From Elusimicrobiota bacterium (GTDB lineage: Bacteria; Elusimicrobiota; Elusimicrobia; UBA1565; UBA9628): a stretch of 64,000 nucleotides of DNA. Each line of letters opens with the position of its first letter. Positions within the stretch are counted from its first letter, which is position 1. Of the stretch, positions 8,005 through 15,554 are shown piece after piece. The notes under the pieces were generated by a model. It was not told where the DNA came from. It worked only from the letters and a program-made list of their open reading frames with translations, and did not search any database. The translations under genes were made by a program, and so were the position numbers. The stretch lies in assembly GCA_027451985.1 (NCBI GenBank), contig DAIDHS010000001.1:97932-161931 (forward strand). The letters are read 5' to 3'.

Positions 8005-9627
8005 TCAAGGGCCCTGATTGGAGCCCTGGTTTACGCTGCCCAGGAAATTCTTGATCGTTTCGTTGGTTGGATCGATGGCCAGGGCTTTCTGCCACACGGC
8101 CGTGGCCTTGTCCTTTTGGTCCATCATGTAGAAGGCGCTGCCCATGATCTCGAGCGCCGTCACGTTGTTGGGCTCGATGTCCAGAATGTCCTGCGTTCGG
8201 CGCAGAGCCTGATCGTATTTTCCGTTGTACATGGACTGCCGCGCGTCATAAATCTTCTCCTCGACCCAGGTGAGTTGTTCGGGGCCGATGGGCTTGCGGG
8301 TGATGTCCTTGACGCCCGCCTCCTTCTCGACCATGTTGAGAAGGGCCAGGAGCCGATCATCCTTGGAATTCTTGTTGTAAGCGTAGCGCAGATCGTTGAC
8401 CGATTCTTGGAGATCCCGCCCGTCGACATAAGCGGCCACGCCCTTGCGAATGAAGGTCTGGTAGTCCTGTCCGCCCTCGGCCGAAGGGATGTAGGTCGTC
8501 ACGGCCATCAGGCGCGAGAGCATGGCCTCGACCTGCCTATTGCCCGGCTGAACGTCTAGGGCCTGGTTGAAGCGCTGCGAAGCGAGGGTAAAATCTCCTT
8601 CCTGGAAAGCTTGGAAGCCTGCTTTAAGCAAGGCTTGAACTTGTTCGTTGGATTTCTCGCCGCGGGCTTGGCCGAAGCGGAACGTCGCCGAAATGCGGGT
8701 CGTGGTGCCCAGATCGGACGAGAGGCCTTCGCCGAGATCGAGGCCGATGGAGTGAAAATCCAGGCCGAAGCCGAAGTCTGTCTCTTGGAGGCTGGGCAGG
8801 CCGCGCAGTCCGAAACGCGCCGCGAACCAGCGCGTCACCCAGAACTCGCCGCCGAAGCGGGCGTCGAATGCTCCGACGATGGGGCGGTAGACGTCAAAGT
8901 CCATCACCAGTCTGTCGCGAAAGAGGTAGAGGGAATTCCCCAGAATGACGGTGACGGGCAGATGGTCTTGGGTGTCTCCGCTGGTCCTTGAGAACGCGTT
9001 CTGTAGTCCCAGAGCCAAGTGATAGGGCCCCATCAGCTTCAAGGCTCCCAGATTGATGGTCTCGGAGGTGTCGGAGGAGCCGTCCAAGGCGCGAGTGATC
9101 TGCTGGACCGTCGCGCCGAAGGCCATTGACTTGGTGATGTATTTGCCCCAGCCGATGGAGATGGCCCGATCTTGTTCGCTGAAGCTTCCTCCGGTTGTGA
9201 TTTGGGTAGGCTCGCCCGTCGTGGGATCGAAGACGGCGCTGACTTGCTGGAAATTGCTGGAGGTTAATTGCGTGAGGCTCAGATCCAGGGTGCTGCTGCC
9301 CTTGAGCGGCTGCGCGTAGCTCAAGAAATCGAGGTTGGTCTGGTAGAAAAGGGTCGATTCCATGGCGGTGAATTCCTTGCGCTGGATTTGGGCTAGTCCG
9401 GCGGGATTCCAGTTAACCGCTGAGGCGTCGTCCGAGATGCCGTAGTACGCGCCGCCCATGGCTAGGGCGCGCGCGCCGACGCCGTAAGTGAGAAATTCCC
9501 CGGGCTGTCCTCCGGATTGGGCACGTGCGCGCAAGGGAGCGAAGATAAAAAAAACTGCTGCGGGCAAGCCCGCTGCCGCGAAGCGCCGCCGTCTTGGGGG
9601 CATGCCCCAAGGTCTCGTTTTGGCCAT
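8005..9627 (-). CDS. outer-membrane beta-barrel protein (FadL/PorV-like N-terminus) with C-terminal TPR repeats
   Basis: 540 aa. Signal peptide AAGLPAAVFFIFAPLRARAQ, possibly starting at internal M9. The motif YGVGARALAMGGAYYGISDDASAVNWNPAGL is typical of FadL/OMPP1/PorV-type barrels. Alternating beta-strand-like sequence runs to ~aa 330. The C-terminal 200 aa are TPR-like (ALLKAGFQAFQEGDFTLASQRFNQALDVQPGN...). Confidence 0.55.
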   Translation of the reverse strand: MAKTRPWGMPPRRRRFAAAGLPAAVFFIFAPLRARAQSGGQPGEFLTYGVGARALAMGGAYYGISDDASAVNWNPAGLAQIQRKEFTAMESTLFYQTNLDFLSYAQPLKGSSTLDLSLTQLTSSNFQQVSAVFDPTTGEPTQITTGGSFSEQDRAISIGWGKYITKSMAFGATVQQITRALDGSSDTSETINLGALKLMGPYHLALGLQNAFSRTSGDTQDHLPVTVILGNSLYLFRDRLVMDFDVYRPIVGAFDARFGGEFWVTRWFAARFGLRGLPSLQETDFGFGLDFHSIGLDLGEGLSSDLGTTTRISATFRFGQARGEKSNEQVQALLKAGFQAFQEGDFTLASQRFNQALDVQPGNRQVEAMLSRLMAVTTYIPSAEGGQDYQTFIRKGVAAYVDGRDLQESVNDLRYAYNKNSKDDRLLALLNMVEKEAGVKDITRKPIGPEQLTWVEEKIYDARQSMYNGKYDQALRRTQDILDIEPNNVTALEIMGSAFYMMDQKDKATAVWQKALAIDPTNETIKNFLGSVNQGSNQGP

Positions 9628-9795
9628 TATATCTTCGGCAACCAGACGCTCCCCCAGGGAGTCGTGGCTTTGCGCCCCTGCCTTGCGGCAGGTTTGCCTT
9701 TATCGCCTAACCCGCCCTGAACGTCCGCCGCGGCCTTGATCGCAACCCCTCGATCGTAACGGCGGAAACTGGCCGGATTAGGATGCAACATGGCA

Positions 9796-9823
9796 AGTAT
9801 AACAGAAAGACTTGACTTGTCAA
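9796..9823 (-). promoter_or_regulatory. sigma70-like promoter TTGACA-N16-TATACT reading toward the OM-barrel/motor gene string
   Basis: Minus-strand reading ttgacaagtcaagtctttctgttatact. It lies inside a near-palindrome cttgacttgtcaag, ~160 nt upstream of the 9627 start codon. Confidence 0.5.
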
Positions 9824-9896
9824 GGGGGTTGGGCGTTTTTCTTCTATGGTTCATGCGGGTCCGAGTTAAAATAAAGTTAAAAGTAGCTTTTGGATA

Positions 9897-9925
9897 TTGA
9901 CAAAAGATTAAGCGGGGGCTAAACT
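9897..9925 (+). promoter_or_regulatory. sigma70-like promoter TTGACA-N17-TAAACT
   Basis: ttgacaaaagattaagcgggggctaaact, 30 nt upstream of the ATG at 9955. Confidence 0.5.
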
Positions 9926-9954
9926 GCCGGTGTAAGCCGATTGAGGCTCATGAC

Positions 9955-11583
9955 ATGAAAAAACGCCTTTGGAAGCCGCCCCAGCCGTCGGATACTTCCG
10001 CGGCCGTCGATATCCCTGAGCTTAAGGAAAAGGAAAAAAAGAAGAAAGGGGCGCCCTTTTGGATGGGCGCCGGGCAGTCCACCGAGGCCATCTACGGCTC
10101 TCTGGAGAGCATTCCCGGCGTGGAGGCCTCGCAGGCGGCGGCCAGTGCCGCTGTTCGCGCGGCGGCTTCGGCGCTTGAGGCTGACACAATGGGGGAGGCC
10201 GTTTCAGCCGTCGCCGGGGCCTCCTCGGACGCGGCTGGCGGATTTCTTGCCCGATTCGCAGATTCCTTGGTTTCTTACTGGCCTGAAAGTTTAATCGGCA
10301 AGGTGGCTGCCGCAGGAATGCTGCTTATTACGGCGGGGGCGCTGACCAGCGGCGCCGCCTTGTTCGCAAAAGCCGCCGCCACTGGTGTCCCTATGGCGGG
10401 GTTGGGTGGCATCGTCAGCTCCCTTCATTATATGAAGCCGCCGTCCAAGAGTCTCCTGTACGCGGCGGCAGCGGCTCGGAATATGCCATCGGCGGCCCAG
10501 AGCGGCGTTGCGAAGGCGGAAGATGCCATCGCGGCCGGAGGATTTACCGGGCAGGTTGCGCCGGGAGCGCCCGTGGGACAAAAAGGCAATCTTCAGGGCC
10601 CGCCGACGCTTGGCGGATCCCCTTGGGGCAGGCAGAATTCTTTCGACGGTTCAGCGGCCGGAGAAGGCTCTCTCTCAGGTGCTGCGCCTCCAAGCGCAGG
10701 CGGAAAAAATGGAAAACTGAGCGGCGCTTTTCAGCAGAGCGTCGATGGCAAGGGCGTCGGCGGCGCTCTCAAGGTCGCGGCCAACACGGGGAGCCCATTT
10801 GCGAGGCTAGGCCGCTTCGGCAGTGGATCGAGCCAATCCCTGGGGCTTTTACGCAGCATGAAAACCTATATCCCGGGCATGACCAGCGGCAACTCGAACC
10901 CCGGCGAAATTCCCGCCCAGTTGGCTGCGGAGCAGTTCGATCATTCGAATTTGATCGGGGCGAGCGCTCCATCCGCTCCTTCCATCGGCAACGGCACGCC
11001 GGACCTGCTGACTTCGCCCAACGCAGGAGGCGGCAGCGGCGGCGGTTCGGGTGGGAGCAATAACTCCTGCGCACAGGACGGCATGGTCTGGAACGGCAGC
11101 GGCTGCACGGCTCCGAGCGCGCCGCCGGGGCAGAACTCATCGCCATGGCAGTCGGCGATGAGTTCTGCGAACATGCTTCTGCCTATTGCGGCCGGACTGA
11201 TGATTATGGCGGCGATTTTGACTAATATCCCGTTTGGATGGGGGAAGCCTGCCGCGTACGTGCTTGCCATCTTGGCCGCCGTGCTGGGAGGCGTCGTTCT
11301 TCTGCAGGGAACAGGCATGATTGGGGGCGGCCAGAAAACCGGCGGTGGGACGCTGGTGACCGCTGGCATACTGACCGTGGCCGGTGCCTGGGCCGCCTTC
11401 GGCGGCAGCTTTAGCGCCGGGCCGGAACTCTTACCCACCGTTATCGGTGCGATCGCCGGGGTCATGTCCTCGATGATGCAATCCTTTACCCCGCCACCAC
11501 CACCGCAGACACCGCCCACGAACGGATCCGGATCGTCGGGGAGCGGCTCCTCCTCCGGAACCTCGAACGGAACCGGCGGCTAA
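9955..11583 (+). CDS. hypothetical Gly/Ala/Ser-rich membrane protein; C-terminal TM helices
   Basis: 542 aa. Low-complexity G/A/S-rich body. C-terminal hydrophobic helices (MLLPIAAGLMIMAAILTNIPFGWGKPAAYVLAILAAVLGGVVLL; LVTAGILTVAGAWAAF), followed by a PPPPQTPP tail. A TTGACA-N17-TAAACT promoter lies 30 nt upstream. Confidence 0.5.
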   Translation: MKKRLWKPPQPSDTSAAVDIPELKEKEKKKKGAPFWMGAGQSTEAIYGSLESIPGVEASQAAASAAVRAAASALEADTMGEAVSAVAGASSDAAGGFLARFADSLVSYWPESLIGKVAAAGMLLITAGALTSGAALFAKAAATGVPMAGLGGIVSSLHYMKPPSKSLLYAAAAARNMPSAAQSGVAKAEDAIAAGGFTGQVAPGAPVGQKGNLQGPPTLGGSPWGRQNSFDGSAAGEGSLSGAAPPSAGGKNGKLSGAFQQSVDGKGVGGALKVAANTGSPFARLGRFGSGSSQSLGLLRSMKTYIPGMTSGNSNPGEIPAQLAAEQFDHSNLIGASAPSAPSIGNGTPDLLTSPNAGGGSGGGSGGSNNSCAQDGMVWNGSGCTAPSAPPGQNSSPWQSAMSSANMLLPIAAGLMIMAAILTNIPFGWGKPAAYVLAILAAVLGGVVLLQGTGMIGGGQKTGGGTLVTAGILTVAGAWAAFGGSFSAGPELLPTVIGAIAGVMSSMMQSFTPPPPPQTPPTNGSGSSGSGSSSGTSNGTGG

Positions 11584-11667
11584 AATTCCCGCGACGATCA
11601 ATCTTGCGAGAGCATTTCCGGTGTCCACCCCCCAAAATTGAAATTTGGTAAAAAAAGACGGTTTCTC

Positions 11668-11696
11668 TTGACAATGCCTCGGGGCCGCATTAAACT
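11668..11696 (+). promoter_or_regulatory. sigma70-like promoter TTGACA-N17-TAAACT (same hexamers as the promoter at 9897)
   Basis: ttgacaatgcctcggggccgcattaaact, 16 nt upstream of the ATG at 11712. Confidence 0.5.
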
Positions 11697-11711
11697 ACTA
11701 CCAGCATTGAT

Positions 11712-12803
11712 ATGAACTCCAAAACGCCGTTCTTCAAAGGCCGGAGTTCCGGCGGCATTTCCTCCGCTTTTCGCAAGAAAGAGACGATTGCGGCCGCGGG
11801 TATTTTTGCGGCGGCGGCCCTGGTTGCGGCTTTCCTTTTAAGCGGAAAGGAATTTTCGGTTCCCCGGATTTTTTCCGGTTCCGTCGCGGCCGCTCCGAAC
11901 GCGAATCTTCCAGTAAGCGCCCAGGCGCGCGGCGTTCCGCAGTTGCCGCAGGCTGCGTCGCCGGCCAATCCAGAGTCCCTGGCCTTGGGCGGTTATTACC
12001 CGGGAGACGCGGTCGTGCGCCGTTGGCGCGGCGATTTGGGGGGCGAAACGGTGACGGGCTTTATCGATCCCAAGCAGGCTGGCCGGCGGCGGCCATTGGT
12101 TCCTTTACCTCTTCCGGCCGCGTCGGGCCCTTCGGCCGTGGCGCCGGACTCGGTGGCCGAGGCAGTGAGCGGAACCAGCGTCCCACGTGCGTCGCGGGCT
12201 GCCGTTAAAAGGAGGCTTCGTGGCCAGGGATTCCGCCGCTACAGGATGCATCATATCGCGCTCTGCAGCGGCGCCGAGTGCGCTCTCCGAAGATTATCCG
12301 ACATCCGGATTTTGACCGCCGATCACTCTCCGTGTCTCGCGGTAAAGGGCTGCGTCGCTGAAAACGCGGTCGCCGATGAGAATGCGGTGTATGACGGTTC
12401 ATCCGCCGCGCCGAGCGCCGGGCCTTCCGCCTTGAATCAGTCGGCGCCCAAAATCAGTCCGGCCGCGCAGGCCGGCTTGGGCGGGCAAAGCGACGCGGCC
12501 GCCGCGGCGCAGGCGCAGCGCCTTTCGGAGGACGCCAAGCGTTGCGCCGCCGCAAATACGCTGTACTTCGGGACGCCGGAAAAGCCGGGCCCGCAGGTTC
12601 TAGCGCGGCAGGATTTATCCTTGGCATATAAAAACCTGGAGAGTTCCGGATGCCTTTCCGCGAACGGCGCTCTTTGCGCCGCGTCGCGCGAGAAAGCGGG
12701 CGAACTTTGCCGGCAATTCGACGCGGTGCGGCTGGCCCATTACGAGGCGTGCCCCATCGATCAGCGGCTGGGGCCCTACGAACCCGCGCAGTGCGTGCTT
12801 TAG
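11712..12803 (+). CDS. hypothetical membrane-anchored Cys-rich protein
   Basis: 363 aa. N-terminal TM (IAAAGIFAAAALVAAFLL). C-terminal half holds multiple Cys (ALCSGAECALRRL...HSPCLAVKGCVAEN...CAAANTLYF...SSGCLSANGALCAAS...CRQFD...YEACPIDQ...AQCVL), consistent with an extracytoplasmic disulfide-rich domain. An identical TTGACA-N17-TAAACT promoter lies upstream. Confidence 0.5.
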   Translation: MNSKTPFFKGRSSGGISSAFRKKETIAAAGIFAAAALVAAFLLSGKEFSVPRIFSGSVAAAPNANLPVSAQARGVPQLPQAASPANPESLALGGYYPGDAVVRRWRGDLGGETVTGFIDPKQAGRRRPLVPLPLPAASGPSAVAPDSVAEAVSGTSVPRASRAAVKRRLRGQGFRRYRMHHIALCSGAECALRRLSDIRILTADHSPCLAVKGCVAENAVADENAVYDGSSAAPSAGPSALNQSAPKISPAAQAGLGGQSDAAAAAQAQRLSEDAKRCAAANTLYFGTPEKPGPQVLARQDLSLAYKNLESSGCLSANGALCAASREKAGELCRQFDAVRLAHYEACPIDQRLGPYEPAQCVL

Positions 12804-12812
12804 GAGAATATT

Positions 12813-15398
12813 ATGGCCGATGAAAATTCGAATTTGAACAAGAACGGGGACAAGAAGGACGACAAGAAAGACGCCCTTCCTCCCACGCTCAAGGACTTCC
12901 AGAAAACCCGCATCAAATTGCAGGGCTCGGGTCCGCGCACGCTTCTAGAACGCATGAAGTCGTTCCGCAAAAAAGATTTGATGTTCATCCTTTCGGGTTT
13001 GGGGGTCCTGGTGGCGGCGCCTTTGGCCGAGCATTTGATGATGGGCTCGCAGCCCAACAGCGGCTTTCATCAGGGTTGGGATTTTAAGAACGGTTTGGGC
13101 GGCTTTGGCGGCGGCGGTTCGCCCTACGAGCCCGGCATCAACGGCTTGGCTCCGGGCCAGGCCGCCGGCGGCAACGGCGACATCATCACGCCCTTCAACG
13201 CCCGCGATCCCGCATCGCTCATTTTGAGCCCAGACGCTTCGGCCCAGCCGCCCGTGGGCTCCTCGAACGCGCCTTCATCCGACAGTGGCGGCCAGGACAA
13301 CGGCCAAGCGCCGTGGAAGAACGTGCTGGCCCAGGCCGGCGGCAACGCCGCGAACGCGGCGAGCCAAAGCGCCGGCCTGCCCACCGCGCCTCCCGCCTTG
13401 GGCGACGGCATTTTCAGCGCGCACGGTCCCGCGAACAGCACTTCGGCCTCTTACACGCCGCCCCCGATTTCGGCGGCCAACGTTCCCAATAGGGCGGCGG
13501 GCAACGACTCTTTGTCGCAGGTGCACGGCAACGGCGTCAGCGGCGCCTCGCCTTACGGCTTGACCAACGGCGGTTCCGCGGAGGGCTTGAAGAGCGCGGC
13601 CAACCAAGCCGGCGCTTATTTCAACCGGCCGACCTCGGCCGCGGGAAATTTGGAGAAGGCCGCCGCCGTCAACACGCCGACCGGCGGTTCGGGCAGCGCG
13701 GGCTCCGGCATGGGCGGGTCCCAGCAAGATAAGAATTCCGGCCAGGACTCGAACAAGAACAGCAAGTCCGCCGGAGAATCGCTGGCGGAGAAAGCCGCCG
13801 AGCAGAACCAGCAGCACGCCATCGATTTGTATTGGAAGAAGCTTGAAGAGCAGCAGATGGCGCCCATTAAGCTGCAGGAAGATATTCAGAAGACCATCGT
13901 CGAGACTCCGATTAAGGCCATCATGGATGAGGTCGGCAAGCAAATGGCTGCTGAGGTTAAGAAACAGTTTGCGGGCGCAGATACCGAATATACATGTACC
14001 AACGTCCCGGCTGAAATCGCAAAACAGATTCCGAACGGAATCTTCTATAACTGTGGTACTTCTGAAGCGAATAGTTTTTATTGCGTAAGCACTGATGACA
14101 ATTCGACGCTTATTGAACAAGATCCTACAGGTGCTGAAAAAGGTGGACCAAGCAGTAAGCCTACAGGCGCTACTTGCTCTGCATTGCCTTCTAAGGCTCC
14201 GCCTGATGGTGGTGGCGGACCTAACGGCGCTGGCAGCGGCCAGGCGGTCAACTTGATTGGAAACAAGAGCGCGGAAGCTGTCGATGCGGGCGCCTCGGCC
14301 ATCCTGGTTAATTTGGACAAGCTTTGCAACGCGGCTTCGGCTAATGAACAGGCGGTTCATCATATGTTTTCCGGCAACACAAGCATGCCGTTCGCTCATG
14401 ACGCAGGGAAAATCTATAATTCTACTTCAAAGACCGGTCCTGCGCATGATGTCGCCAAGGCTGTATATGAGCTGAGCGGAGACGCCTCCGAGGCCTGCGG
14501 TGTCAGTGGCGATGGTCATGACACGGCCATGGGACAAATTGGCGCTGCCAATACGAGCCTGAAGGCGGCTCGGTTTGACTTCCAGAGGGTTGCGGATAAT
14601 GATGGCGCAGCTTCGGATATCGCCGTCAAAATATTGTGTGGAGATTCCCAATCCTGCCAGCTTTCTCAAGTGGCAAAAGATGCCGCAGCCGGGAATGCCC
14701 AGGCAGTTCAGAATTATTGGAAGCCTATCCCGCAGCAGCTTCAACAAAACACTAAAAATGTGGATGGCAGCCTGACACAGGCCCAGGCTGCTCTGAAAAA
14801 AGGAGAGAAGGATATGGAAGCCGCAAACGCGGCCTTATCTAAAGCCGATAAAAAGATTGCGGACAATACAAACAATGGACCAGCTGCCGCTGAACAGATA
14901 AGCACCCTTATTAATGGAGATGGGGCCGGTTCCCCGTTTGCCAATTTTAAAGGAACGGTAGATAAGATTCAATCCAGTTACCCGCAATTGGTCGCGGCAG
15001 CTCAGAATCAGTCGGCCTCCTATCATGCTTTTGCCCAAACATACGCCCAACTACAGCCACCAGCACAAGCGGTTGTGAACGAAACTCAGCAGTCGTTGAC
15101 TCAACCGGCGCCTAATCCGCCGGCAGATCTTTCGTTAATAATGAAAAATCAATATTCTTTTGTTACACTCATGAATACAGATACTGCAACAAACGTGATA
15201 TCTAAGACGTTGAAATCTATAAGTAATTTTTGTCAAGAAGAATGGAACACCCAGGAAACTGTTGCTAAGGCGGAGTCGAATTTTGCGACTCAAGTGGCTA
15301 AGGCTCCTTTGGCGCCTGCACAAGGCGGCCAGAACGCGACTCCTAGCGCGAGCGATGCCCTGACTCGTCTTGGTGGGGCGTCCGCGTCAGCGCAATAA
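12813..15398 (+). CDS. hypothetical large membrane-anchored low-complexity surface protein
   Basis: 861 aa. AGGAG RBS. Single TM near the N-terminus (LMFILSGLGVLVAAPLA). Long G/A/S/N/Q-rich extracytoplasmic region with scattered Cys. The 3' ~1.5 kb of the gene has clearly lower GC than the rest of the window. Confidence 0.55.
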   Translation: MADENSNLNKNGDKKDDKKDALPPTLKDFQKTRIKLQGSGPRTLLERMKSFRKKDLMFILSGLGVLVAAPLAEHLMMGSQPNSGFHQGWDFKNGLGGFGGGGSPYEPGINGLAPGQAAGGNGDIITPFNARDPASLILSPDASAQPPVGSSNAPSSDSGGQDNGQAPWKNVLAQAGGNAANAASQSAGLPTAPPALGDGIFSAHGPANSTSASYTPPPISAANVPNRAAGNDSLSQVHGNGVSGASPYGLTNGGSAEGLKSAANQAGAYFNRPTSAAGNLEKAAAVNTPTGGSGSAGSGMGGSQQDKNSGQDSNKNSKSAGESLAEKAAEQNQQHAIDLYWKKLEEQQMAPIKLQEDIQKTIVETPIKAIMDEVGKQMAAEVKKQFAGADTEYTCTNVPAEIAKQIPNGIFYNCGTSEANSFYCVSTDDNSTLIEQDPTGAEKGGPSSKPTGATCSALPSKAPPDGGGGPNGAGSGQAVNLIGNKSAEAVDAGASAILVNLDKLCNAASANEQAVHHMFSGNTSMPFAHDAGKIYNSTSKTGPAHDVAKAVYELSGDASEACGVSGDGHDTAMGQIGAANTSLKAARFDFQRVADNDGAASDIAVKILCGDSQSCQLSQVAKDAAAGNAQAVQNYWKPIPQQLQQNTKNVDGSLTQAQAALKKGEKDMEAANAALSKADKKIADNTNNGPAAAEQISTLINGDGAGSPFANFKGTVDKIQSSYPQLVAAAQNQSASYHAFAQTYAQLQPPAQAVVNETQQSLTQPAPNPPADLSLIMKNQYSFVTLMNTDTATNVISKTLKSISNFCQEEWNTQETVAKAESNFATQVAKAPLAPAQGGQNATPSASDALTRLGGASASAQ

Positions 15399-15481
15399 TG
15401 TTTTTATTTCCAGGTTGCCGCCTTTTGCGCGGAGAGTCTCTTGGTGTGTGGACAAAAAACGGAACTCCTGCTATTCTTTTT

Positions 15482-15533
15482 GGGCCTAAAGTCCTATTGA
15501 CAGCTAGGCCCTTTGGGTCTGGCGAAATAGGAC
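15482..15533 (+). promoter_or_regulatory. nested inverted repeats (GGGCCTA/TAGGCCC and GTCCTATT/AATAGGAC) enclosing a TTGACA hexamer, upstream of the secreted-protein gene
   Basis: gggcctaaagtcctattgacagctaggccctttgggtctggcgaaataggac. The 8-mer arm is shared with the hairpin at 18278. Confidence 0.4.
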
Positions 15534-15554
15534 CGATGGGTTTACAACAGTAAT

